Shown here in pieces: positions 7,181 through 15,721 of a DNA stretch of 16,053 bases. Every line of letters starts with the position of its first letter. Within the stretch, counting starts at the first letter, position 1. This stretch comes from a bacterium. GTDB taxonomy: Bacteria; Eisenbacteria; RBG-16-71-46. Location of the stretch: NCBI GenBank assembly GCA_043779265.1, contig JAYWEM010000174.1, positions 1 to 16,053 of the forward strand. Direction: 5' to 3'. A program made the position numbers and the translations under genes. The notes beneath the pieces are model-generated. The model was not told the DNA's origin. It saw only the letters and a program-made list of their open reading frames with translations, and did not search any database.

Positions 7181-8548
7181 TCAGTGAGCGGCGGGCTCGC
7201 CCACGCCCAGCCGCGCGAGCAGTTCCATCATCGACGAGCGGATCTCCTCGAGTCGCTCGGCCGTCCTGGCCTCGAAGCGAACCACGACTGCCGGCTGCGT
7301 GTTCGAGGCGCGCACCAGGCCCCAGCCGTCCCCGAACTCCACGCGTGCGCCATCGATGTCGATGACCTTGTAGCGGCCCTCGTACTCCTTGCGGATCGCG
7401 TCCGCGATCTCGAACTTGCGATCCTCGGGGCACTCGAGCCGGGTCTCGGGAGTCGAGTGGTACTGCGGCAGGCTCTCGACCAGCTGGTCGAGCGTGCGCC
7501 CACCCTGCGCGACATAGCGCAGCAATCGGCCGGCGGCGAACAGCGCATCGTCGAATCCGAAGAACCCATCGGCGAAGAACATGTGGCCGGACATCTCGCC
7601 GGCGATCGGGGCGCCCGTCTCCTTCATGCGCGTCTTGATGAGGGAGTGGCCCGTCTTCCACATCGTCGGCTTGCCGCCGTGCGCGAGAATGTCCTCGACG
7701 AGCGCCTGCGAGCACTTCACATCGAAGATGATCTCGGAGCCCGGCAGGCGAGCCAGCACCTCGCGCGCGAGCAGCGCCAACAACTGGTCGCCCCACACGA
7801 TGCGGCCGCTCGCCGTGATGGCGCCGATGCGATCGGCATCGCCGTCGTAGCCGATCCCGAGATCGGCACCCGTCTCGCGCACCTTGTTCTTCAGGTCCAC
7901 GAGGAGCGCCGGAACGGTCGGATCGGGCAGGTGGTTCGGGAACGAACCGTCGAGTTCTGCGAACAGCGGGATCACGGTGTGGCCCATGCGCTCGAACGTC
8001 TCGGGCACGCACGTTCCGGCGCAGCCGTTGCCGCAGTCCATGACGACTTTCAGTCCCTTGGGACTGGTGCAGCGCTCGACCAACATCTCCTGATAGGCCG
8101 CGAGCACGGGGCGATCCTCGCCCAGCCCGCTCCCGCCTGCGAGTTCGGCGGAGAGGATCATGCGCTTCATCTCCTGGATCTCGGCGCCGTAGAGCGGCAG
8201 CTTCGACTTGGTCATCTTGAAGCCGTTGAACTCGGGCGGATTGTGGCTGCCGGTGATCTGCATGCCCCCCGCCAGGCCACGATCGACGACGGCGTAGTAG
8301 AGCGCCGGCGTCGGCACCACACCGACGCGCTGGACGTCGACGCCCGCGGCACGGATGCCGCGCTCGGCCGCAGCCGCCAATCGCACGCTGCTCGGGCGCA
8401 CGTCCATCCCGAGCGCGACGCGCGTGCCGCCCTCACGTCGGAGGATCGAGCCGAACGCGCGCCCGATCGACTCGGCCACGGCATCGGAAAGTTCGGTCGC
8501 GTGCAGCCCGCGGATGTCGTACTCGCGGAAGATGTGCTCGGGGATCAT
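7181..8548 (-). CDS. Phosphomannomutase/phosphoglucomutase, AlgC-like (455 aa)
   Basis: IFREYDIRG N-terminus, catalytic TGSHNP, metal loop DGDADR, sugar loop GEMSGH, phosphate site RASNTQP. ATG 8548 overlaps the prfB stop (ATGA), with AAGGAGG upstream. Confidence 0.95.
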   Translation of the reverse strand: MIPEHIFREYDIRGLHATELSDAVAESIGRAFGSILRREGGTRVALGMDVRPSSVRLAAAAERGIRAAGVDVQRVGVVPTPALYYAVVDRGLAGGMQITGSHNPPEFNGFKMTKSKLPLYGAEIQEMKRMILSAELAGGSGLGEDRPVLAAYQEMLVERCTSPKGLKVVMDCGNGCAGTCVPETFERMGHTVIPLFAELDGSFPNHLPDPTVPALLVDLKNKVRETGADLGIGYDGDADRIGAITASGRIVWGDQLLALLAREVLARLPGSEIIFDVKCSQALVEDILAHGGKPTMWKTGHSLIKTRMKETGAPIAGEMSGHMFFADGFFGFDDALFAAGRLLRYVAQGGRTLDQLVESLPQYHSTPETRLECPEDRKFEIADAIRKEYEGRYKVIDIDGARVEFGDGWGLVRASNTQPAVVVRFEARTAERLEEIRSSMMELLARLGVGEPAAH

Positions 8549-9670
8549 GCGCCCTCCTTGGACCCGCCCGGCTGTTGCCCCTTGAGCCACGCGTCGATGA
8601 ACGGGTCGATGGCGCCATCCAGCACGGCGTGCACGTCCCCGATCTTGGTCTCGGTCCGATGGTCGTTGGCCATGGTGTACGGCTGCAGCACATACGACCG
8701 GATCTGACTTCCGAAATCGATATCCTTCTTGTGCCCGGCGAGAACGGCCTGATCGGCCTTGCGCTTCTCCTCGAAGTGCATGAACAACCGCGACATCAGG
8801 ATCTTCATGGCGGAGTCCTTGTTGCGGTGCTGGCTGCGCTCGCCCTGCGACTGCACCGTGATGCCGGTCGCGAGGTGCGTGATGCGCACCGCCGACTCCG
8901 TCTTGTTGACGTGCTGGCCGCCCGCGCCGCCGGCGCGGAACGTGTCGATGCGGATGTCATCGGGCTTGATGTCGATCTTGACCGAGTCATCGATCATCGG
9001 CAGCACGACGGCGCTCGCGAACGATGTGTGTCGCCTCGCATTGGCATCGAACGGCGAGATGCGGACCAGACGATGCACGCCGCTCTCGGCCTTGAGATAG
9101 CCGTAGGCGAACTCGCCGTCGATCTCGAGCGTCGCATCCTTGATGCCGGCCTCGTCCCCTTCCTGAAGGTCGAGGATCGTGAGCTTGTACTCGTGGCGCT
9201 CCGCCCAGCGCTCGTACATGCGCATGAGCATCTGGGCCCAGTCCTGTGACTCGGTCCCACCCGCGCCGGGATGGATGTTGATGATGGCGCCGAGGCGGTC
9301 GTGCTCGCCCGAGAGCAGACTGCGAGTCTCGAGCGCGCGCACCTTGGGCGCGAGGGCCTCGAGTTCGGCCGAGATCTCGCCGAGCATGCTCGCATCGCTC
9401 TCGCCGTCGGCCATCTCGAGCAGTTCACCGAGACTGGTACAGGCCTTGTCGAGCGCGCTGAACTCATCGATCAGGCGCTTCTCCGACTTCATCCGCGAAG
9501 CGACTTGCTGCGCCTCTTCTGCTTTGTCCCAGAATCCGGGCTCGCCCATCCGACGCTCGAGTTCGGCCACCGCGGCCGAGCGTGCGTCGATGTCAAAGAA
9601 ACCTCCGCAACCCACTGAGCGGTTCGCGGGTCTCTTCGAGGCGATGGCGGATCTCGGAAGCGGTCAGCAT
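8545..9670 (-). CDS. prfB: Peptide chain release factor 2 with programmed +1 frameshift (join 9670-9596, 9594-8545; 374 aa)
   Basis: First frame MLTASEIRHRLEETREPLSGLRRFL ends in CTT TGA C; +1 frame continues DIDARS...; SPF anticodon-mimic (RISPFD), GGQ (GAGGQHVNKTESAVR), GSQIRSYV. Confidence 0.96.
9592..9606 (-). other. RF2 autoregulatory frameshift cassette
   Basis: GGAGG TTT CTT TGA C: internal Shine-Dalgarno 3 nt before the CTT-TGA-C shift site. Confidence 0.93.
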
Positions 9671-9716
9671 GGGACCCTCTCTCGGGCGAAGCGGCGGAGG
9701 ACTCTTGGAATCCGCG

Positions 9717-9746
9717 AGACTAGGGCAGGGACGCGAGCGGCTGCAA
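9717..9746 (-). promoter_or_regulatory. Candidate promoter for prfB-pmm-mpg
   Basis: Minus strand TTGCAG (9746-9741), 18 nt, TAGTCT (9722-9717) in the 81-nt intergenic gap. Confidence 0.5.
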
Positions 9747-9751
9747 CGCCG

Positions 9752-11605
9752 TCAGGCGAAGGGCCCGTCGTCATCGCCCTCTCGGGCATCCCCCGACTCA
9801 CCCGCATCGAGCCGCCCCAGCGCCAGTTCCGCCTGACGCGCGACCTCCTCGCCGAGCGGCGTGCCGCTGGCGCGCCCGAGCGCCCGCGAGGTCTCGAAGT
9901 GCTCGCGCCGGACGGAATCGGCCACTTCGCCCTCGAGCATGGCGCCCAGATTGAGTGCGGCGTTCGCCGCCGCCGCCCGCCCCGAGGGCTGGCCGCTCGC
10001 ACGACCGCGCTCGAGCGCGACCGTGTACGACTGCTGCGCGTCGAACACACGCTCCTCGGCCATGCGCACGTGACCGAGATGCACCTGAGCCATGGCGGTG
10101 AGGGCATCGACCTCGGGGCCCCGACGCTCGCGCAGCACCCCGATCGCCTCGCGCAGCACGCTCGCCGCGTCCGTCCACCGGCTCGCCTGACGATCGAGGT
10201 GCGCCGCCAGCAACAGGGCATCGACCGCAACGCGTTCGCCCACTTCATGTCCGCTCGTGCGACCGAGCCTCGCCACTTCGGTGAGGCCGACGCGCGCCCG
10301 TTCGCCCTCGCCATCGTGCAACCACTGGAATGACTGCGCATAGCTCGCGGCCGCCTCGAGCGCGCGGCCGATTCCGGAGTCGAGCGTGCGCGTGAACGTG
10401 CGCGTCTCCTCGGCGAGCGCGCGCGCTTCATCCCAGCGATCGAGCGCCCCGAGCATGCGGTGGAGGTTGCACGCCGCCTGCCCCGCCCATTCGCGCACCG
10501 TCGGCTCGCTCGACAGCCGTCCGTGCTCGAAGGCGCCGCGCAAGCGCTTGGCGGCCTCCTCGCGCTCGGTGGTCTCGGCGAGTGCCTGTCCCAGGCGGAG
10601 CTGCGCCAGCACGGCGAAGCGCGCGGTCGCCTCGGGCTCACAGCCCTCGGTCAGCTCGAGCGCACTGCGGTAGAACGGCACGGCCTCATCGATGCGACCC
10701 GCGTGGACGCGATACTCGCCGAGGCCGAGTGAGGCCTGCACCGCCGCAAGGCGCGCGTCGGGCAGAAGACTCGCGCGCCCCAGATCGAGCGCACGCTGGT
10801 AGTGGCGTGCCGCATCGGCCTCGCCGAGCACGCCCTCTCGCTCGGCCATCGTCGCCAGCGCGAGCGCCGCCTTGGCGGCCGCCATCTGTCCCAACGGGGT
10901 GCCACTCGAATCGGCGATCGGACCGACCGACTCGAGCAAGGTCCGGGCGCGCCCGACCTCGCCGCGGCGAGCGTGGAGATGCCCCAGGTTGAACGCCGCG
11001 ATCGCAGCCGGGTCCCATCCGCTCGCATGACCCGAGCGCGTGCCGAGCTCCACCGCCTGCTCCCAGCGGCTCTCGGCCTGGCTGTCGTGTCCGGTTTCGC
11101 TCTCCAGTAGACCGAGATTGAATGCGGCCTGCGTCAGCATCCCGAGCAGCAGCGCACCGTCCGCATCGGCGCCCAACGTCAGCGCCTCTTCATAGCGCTG
11201 CCGCGCCTGCTCGTGCAGTCCCGCTTCCTGCGACAGGATGCCGAGACGCGTCAGGACGCCGGCACGGCGCTGCCGGCCGACGGGATCGGGCACTCGGAAA
11301 CTGCGCTCGAGGGCGCGAGCGAGATGCGACTGCGCCTCGTCACGAGAGCCCGTCGCGCGCAGCCGCTCGCCGAGATGGAGCGAGGCTTCCATGACGAGCA
11401 CGTCCCCCGGCTCGCCCGACAACCGTTCGCCAGCATCGAGCGCCTCGCGCAGCAACACGACACGAAGCTCCATGTCCTCCTCGGCGAGCGCCTGCGTCAA
11501 CAGGCCCGCCGCGTGCTCGGCCGCCGTCGTGCCGCGGTCATGGCGCGCGGAGCGCGCCCGCAGCCACTCGCCCAGCCGGATCCACCACCCGAGCAGGCCG
11601 CTCAT
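9752..11605 (-). CDS. TPR-like alpha-solenoid protein built of 43-aa repeats (617 aa)
   Basis: Recurrent A-x-x-x-L-G ... A...(Y/L)..A..LGR.SG.P.G pattern every 43 residues; ATGA overlap with the coaE stop; no signal peptide or catalytic motif seen. Confidence 0.8.
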   Translation of the reverse strand: MSGLLGWWIRLGEWLRARSARHDRGTTAAEHAAGLLTQALAEEDMELRVVLLREALDAGERLSGEPGDVLVMEASLHLGERLRATGSRDEAQSHLARALERSFRVPDPVGRQRRAGVLTRLGILSQEAGLHEQARQRYEEALTLGADADGALLLGMLTQAAFNLGLLESETGHDSQAESRWEQAVELGTRSGHASGWDPAAIAAFNLGHLHARRGEVGRARTLLESVGPIADSSGTPLGQMAAAKAALALATMAEREGVLGEADAARHYQRALDLGRASLLPDARLAAVQASLGLGEYRVHAGRIDEAVPFYRSALELTEGCEPEATARFAVLAQLRLGQALAETTEREEAAKRLRGAFEHGRLSSEPTVREWAGQAACNLHRMLGALDRWDEARALAEETRTFTRTLDSGIGRALEAAASYAQSFQWLHDGEGERARVGLTEVARLGRTSGHEVGERVAVDALLLAAHLDRQASRWTDAASVLREAIGVLRERRGPEVDALTAMAQVHLGHVRMAEERVFDAQQSYTVALERGRASGQPSGRAAAANAALNLGAMLEGEVADSVRREHFETSRALGRASGTPLGEEVARQAELALGRLDAGESGDAREGDDDGPFA

Positions 11606-12297
11606 GACAGGCCCCGCGTCTCGAGCGCGCGCGTCAACGCCGCTTTCGCCAGCGCCTCCAGCTGCGACTCCGAGCCATCGTTCACCAGCACCTCATCGGC
11701 CGATGCGGCGAACTCGGCGTTGCTGCGCTGACGTGACAATCGTGCGCGCGCATCCGTTTCGGTGAGTCCGCGGCCGCCGACCAGGCGTCCGATCTGCAGC
11801 GACTCCGGCGCCACGACCGCCCACAGCGCGTCGCACTCGCGCTCGAAGCCCCAATCGATCATCAACGCCGCGTCGATCACCACGGGTCCCCGGGCGCCTC
11901 GCTCGCGCAGTGCGTCGAGCGACGTGCGCAGATGCGACAGGATGCGCGGGTGAACCAGCAGATTGAGCCGCTGCAGCGCCGCGGCGTCCTGGAACACGCG
12001 CGCCGCCACCTGGGAGCGATCGAGCACACCGCTCGTGCGATAGACCTGCGGCCCGTACTCGGCGATCAGGCCCTGCCTCACTTCGGGGTCGGTGTCGGTG
12101 ATCAGATGCCCGATGCGATCGGCATCCATGACCACGGCGCCGCGCGCGACGAGCGCCCTCGCCACCGTGCTTTTGCCGCTGCCGGCACGGCCGACGAGTC
12201 CGATGATGCACAGACCATCCGAGGGCGCTTCGCGGCGGGACTTCGCGGCGGCGTCCGTCGGATCGGCAGGCTTGCGCGGTGTGGGATCAGTGGACAT
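11602..12297 (-). CDS. coaE: Dephospho-CoA kinase (231 aa)
   Basis: IIGLVGRAGSGKST P-loop, DADRIGH, LDRSQVAARVF, LNLLVHPRI, RLSRQ, ADEVLVNDGS. ATG 12297 overlaps the polA end by 11 nt; the upstream part of track ORF 11602..12804 lies inside polA and is not coding. Confidence 0.93.
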   Translation of the reverse strand: MSTDPTPRKPADPTDAAAKSRREAPSDGLCIIGLVGRAGSGKSTVARALVARGAVVMDADRIGHLITDTDPEVRQGLIAEYGPQVYRTSGVLDRSQVAARVFQDAAALQRLNLLVHPRILSHLRTSLDALRERGARGPVVIDAALMIDWGFERECDALWAVVAPESLQIGRLVGGRGLTETDARARLSRQRSNAEFAASADEVLVNDGSESQLEALAKAALTRALETRGLS

Positions 12298-15133
12298 CGA
12301 ACCAGGTCTCGCCCTGCCCCACCGTGACGGTGAGGGGCACGGCGAGAGGGTAGCAGCCCTCCATCTCGCGGCGCACGAGATCCTGGATCGCCGCGGATTC
12401 GCCGAGCGGGCACTCGAGCAACAGTTCGTCATGCACCTGCAGCAGCATGCGCGCGCCCGAGCCGCGGCGCTCGAGCGCGGCATGCACGCGCAGCATCGCC
12501 AGCTTGACGAGATCCGCCGCCGAGCCTTGGATCGGCGTGTTGATGGCGGCGCGCTCGGCGAGACTGCGTTCCATGCCGCCTCCTCGCAGCTGCGGCAGGT
12601 AGCGGCGCCGGCCGAGCAACGTCTGCACGAAGCCGCGCTCGCGCGCCTCCTCCAGCGTGCGGTCGAGGTAGCTGCGCACGCCGGCGTAGACGGTGAAGTA
12701 GCCCTCGATGAACGCCTTGGCCTCGGCCAGCTCGATGCCCATCTGCTGCGCGAGGCTTCGAGAGCCCATGCCGTACATGACGCCGAAGTTGACCACCTTG
12801 GCACGCGCGCGCAGTTCCGAGGGCACGTCGCCCTCCACCTTGAAGATGCGGCGCGCCGTGCTCGCGTGCACGTCCTCGCCCGCGGTGAACGCCTCGGTCA
12901 GTTGCGGGTCGCCCGACAAGTGCGCCATCACGCGCAGTTCGATCTGCGAGTAGTCGGCACCGACCAGCGTGCATCCGGCGGCGGCACGGAACGCACCGCG
13001 GATGGTGCGGCACTGCGGCGTGCGGATCGGGATGTTCTGGAGGTTCGGGTCGTAGGACGCCAGTCGGCCGGTCGCCGCTCCGGTCTGCTCGAACGTCGTG
13101 TGCACGCGGCCATCGGCCGGATCGACGGTGGTCGGCAGCGCCTCGACATAGGTCGAGCGCAGCTTGGTGAGCGATCTCCACTCGAGCAGCAGGCGCGGGA
13201 ACTCGTGCTGCCCCGAGAGTCCCTCGAGCACTTCGGCGTCGGTCGAGTAGCCCGTCTTCGTCTTCTTGGAGGGCGGCAGCTTCAAGCGATCGAACAGCAC
13301 CTGTCCCAGCTGCTGACCGCTGTTGAGGTTGATCGGATCGCCGGCGATCGCCTGGAGACGCGTCTCGAGCGCATCGGCATCGCGGCCGAGTTGGGTGGAC
13401 ATGCGCGACAGGACATCAACGTCGAGCGTGATACCGGCGCGCTCCATCGCCGCCAGCACCGCGATCAGCGGGTGCTCGAGGTCGCGATAGAGCGAGCTCA
13501 ACTCGCGCGCCTCGAGCTGCGCCGTCAGCGTCTCGACCAACGGCCACAACGCAGCGGCACGTCGCTCGGCCAGGCGCGCCGCCTCCAGCACCGGCTGGTC
13601 GGCCACCGAGAGCCGCGCGCGGCCGCGTGCCGCCAGCGGCGTCATCGGCTCGAGCTCCACGGCGAGCGCGTCGCGTGCCAGCGTCTCGAGGCCGTGTGAG
13701 CGCTCGGGATCGCACAAGAACGACATCATATGAAGGTCGTGTGTCGCGCCCGCGAATCCGAGCCCGTGCGCCGAGAACAGATGACCGAGCGCCTTCAGAT
13801 CGTGTGCGACCTTGGGGCACTTGGCGTCGGCGAACGCGGCCTTGAGCCAGTCCCGCGCCTGATCGAGCGTTGCGTTGGGCCCGGCGCTGTGCGCGAAGGG
13901 CAGGTAGGCGGTCGTGCCATCTCGCGAGGCCAGCGCCAGTCCGATCAGTCGTCCGTGCCGAGGCGCCGAGCCCTCCCACACCGGCTCGATCGCGAGCCCG
14001 TGCGTGCTGCGCGCGCGCACCGCATGGAGCGACTCGATGAACGGATCGAGCGGCGGCGCTCCCGCGTCGCCCGTGGCGGCGGCGGCGAACAGATCGCCCT
14101 GCGGCGCCGCGGCGAGCGATGCGGGCACCGCAGCCGGGCTCGGTGTGAGCGTGCCGGTCTGGAAGAGATCGTCGGCAGTCGAGGCCTCGCGCTGTTCGGC
14201 CGCACTGCCGCGGCGCGAACGCTCGCGTGCGGCGACGGGCGTGCCGGCCGCCGCCTCGGTGACGCCGTCCTGACTCGCGATCGCCTCGAGCCGCCGGATC
14301 TCCCAACGCTTCGCGAACACCAGCAACGCGTCGCGGCGGATCGGCGCGCACGGCAGATCCTCGAGCGTCAGGCCCAGATCGAGATCGTGTTTCAGCGTCG
14401 CCAGTTCGCGCGACAGGTACGCCATCGCCTTGCTCTCGACGAGCTTCTTCTTGAGCGCCGGCTTGGTCACCTCGTCGATCCGATCGTAGATCGCCTCGAG
14501 CGAGCCGAACGTGCGCAAAAGCTCGGTCGCGGTCTTCTCGCCAACGCCCTTGACGCCCGGGATGTTGTCCGAGGAATCGCCCATCAGCGCCAGCACGTCG
14601 CGGATGTGCTCGGGGCCCACGCCCCACTTCGCGAGGACGGCGTCCGGGTCCATGCGCGTGTACTCGTCGCCCCTCCCCCCTGGCGACAGCACGGTGACCG
14701 TGCCGCCCACCACCTGCAGCATGTCCTTGTCGCCGGTGATGAGGATCACCTCGTCGCCCGCCGCCGCCCCCATCGCGGCCAGTGTCGCCATGACGTCGTC
14801 GGCCTCCATCCCCTGCTTCTCGATGACCGGCAGGCCGAGCAGTTGCGCCATCTCCTCGATCGGCGACAGCTGAGCCTTGAGATCGTCGGGCATCGGCGGG
14901 CGGTGCGCCTTGTACTCGGTGTAGAGCTCGTGGCGGAATGTCGGGCCCGGGCCGTCCCACGCCAGCGCCCAACGATCGGGCGCGAGCTCGCGGCGGAAGC
15001 GTGCGATCAGGTTGGCCATGCCGAAGATGGCCGATGTGTTCTCGCCCTTGGAGTTCATGAGCGGCCGCGAGATGAACGCGTAGTGCGCCCGGTAGATCAA
15101 TCCCAGCGCGTCCAACACGACGAGGCGAGCCAC
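12287..15133 (-). CDS. polA: DNA polymerase I (948 aa); 5' nuclease and polymerase domains intact, 3'-5' exonuclease domain degenerate
   Basis: 5' nuclease motifs YRAHYA, YKAHR, EADD, TGDKD, GDSSDNIPGVKGVGEKTA; polymerase TGRLAS.DPNLQNIP, motif A DYSQIELR, motif B RARAKVVNFGVMYG, motif C QVHDEL. GTG start 1 nt after the upstream stop, with AAGGA before it. Confidence 0.97.
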   Translation of the reverse strand: MARLVVLDALGLIYRAHYAFISRPLMNSKGENTSAIFGMANLIARFRRELAPDRWALAWDGPGPTFRHELYTEYKAHRPPMPDDLKAQLSPIEEMAQLLGLPVIEKQGMEADDVMATLAAMGAAAGDEVILITGDKDMLQVVGGTVTVLSPGGRGDEYTRMDPDAVLAKWGVGPEHIRDVLALMGDSSDNIPGVKGVGEKTATELLRTFGSLEAIYDRIDEVTKPALKKKLVESKAMAYLSRELATLKHDLDLGLTLEDLPCAPIRRDALLVFAKRWEIRRLEAIASQDGVTEAAAGTPVAARERSRRGSAAEQREASTADDLFQTGTLTPSPAAVPASLAAAPQGDLFAAAATGDAGAPPLDPFIESLHAVRARSTHGLAIEPVWEGSAPRHGRLIGLALASRDGTTAYLPFAHSAGPNATLDQARDWLKAAFADAKCPKVAHDLKALGHLFSAHGLGFAGATHDLHMMSFLCDPERSHGLETLARDALAVELEPMTPLAARGRARLSVADQPVLEAARLAERRAAALWPLVETLTAQLEARELSSLYRDLEHPLIAVLAAMERAGITLDVDVLSRMSTQLGRDADALETRLQAIAGDPINLNSGQQLGQVLFDRLKLPPSKKTKTGYSTDAEVLEGLSGQHEFPRLLLEWRSLTKLRSTYVEALPTTVDPADGRVHTTFEQTGAATGRLASYDPNLQNIPIRTPQCRTIRGAFRAAAGCTLVGADYSQIELRVMAHLSGDPQLTEAFTAGEDVHASTARRIFKVEGDVPSELRARAKVVNFGVMYGMGSRSLAQQMGIELAEAKAFIEGYFTVYAGVRSYLDRTLEEARERGFVQTLLGRRRYLPQLRGGGMERSLAERAAINTPIQGSAADLVKLAMLRVHAALERRGSGARMLLQVHDELLLECPLGESAAIQDLVRREMEGCYPLAVPLTVTVGQGETWFDVH

Positions 15134-15134
15134 G

Positions 15135-15674
15135 TCAGTCCTTCGCGCTCACCACCGCCAGCAGCTGCCACAGTCTCGGCAGTCGCAGGTGGCGCGTGTA
15201 GTGGCCCGGGAACGCGCGCCATTCGTGCACGCGATAGCGACTCGAGAGGTCCCACGGGTACCAACCGCTGCGATGCGTCTCGAACGGCATGCCGGGAATC
15301 TCCTGCGGCCGGAATCCCCAGGGCGTGGTGATGAGGACGCGGCGACAGCGGCGCACCAACCGATCGGTGAGGGCATACGCCTCAGGTCGATCGAGGTGCT
15401 CGATCACATCGAGGAAGAGCGCCAGGTCATAGACGGGCGCGTCCTGCGATAGCAACGTGTCGATGTGGCGCAGATCGCCCAAGTAGACGTGATCGTAGAC
15501 CGGATAGCGCGGCGCATTGGCGTCGATCGCATCGACGCGCGTGACCGGGGCGTACTCACGGGCGAGCACGCCGTACTTGCCGTAGCCAGCACCCACGTCG
15601 AGCACCGTGCGCGGCGCAAGGCGCGCGATGACTTCGACCACCTTGGGGATCTGAACGTACTCGGAGGTGGGCAT
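15135..15674 (-). CDS. Small class I SAM-dependent methyltransferase (179 aa), substrate unknown
   Basis: VLDVGAGYGKYG motif I, VDAID, YLGDLR, YDLALFLDVIEHL, LITTP. ATG 15674 (MPTSEY...) preferred over 15794, with GGGGA upstream. Confidence 0.85.
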   Translation of the reverse strand: MPTSEYVQIPKVVEVIARLAPRTVLDVGAGYGKYGVLAREYAPVTRVDAIDANAPRYPVYDHVYLGDLRHIDTLLSQDAPVYDLALFLDVIEHLDRPEAYALTDRLVRRCRRVLITTPWGFRPQEIPGMPFETHRSGWYPWDLSSRYRVHEWRAFPGHYTRHLRLPRLWQLLAVVSAKD

Positions 15675-15721
15675 CGCAGGTCCCCGGCGCGCGGCGCACC
15701 ATGCGCGGCGCACGAACGCGC

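Noticed and set aside
9593..9670. prfB as a pseudogene or sequencing error
   Set aside because: The break is exactly the canonical SD + CTT TGA C programmed frameshift site.
6951..14972. Alternate-frame minus-strand ORFs (6951..8012, 9664..10641, 12429..13181, 13416..14972 and the 5' part of 11602..12804)
   Set aside because: Arg/Gly/Ala-rich translations nested in real genes, explained by stop-codon scarcity.
10..15331. Long plus-strand ORFs (10..1770, 1947..3929, 4760..6559, 7184..8707, 9179..10333, 12092..13699, 13730..15331)
   Set aside because: They overlap well-supported minus-strand genes, mostly in codon register, are Arg/Val-rich without motifs, and are the expected antisense shadows in GC-rich DNA.
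9752..15674. Anti-phage defence system (methyltransferase + polymerase + TPR protein)
   Set aside because: PolA and CoaE are ordinary housekeeping orthologues, the methyltransferase lacks DNA-MTase catalytic motifs, and the repeat protein has no nuclease, NTPase or protease domain.
15689..15713. 11-bp direct repeat GCGCGGCGCAC x2 in the methyltransferase leader
   Set aside because: Almost purely G/C in a GC-rich genome and only two copies, so chance is likely.
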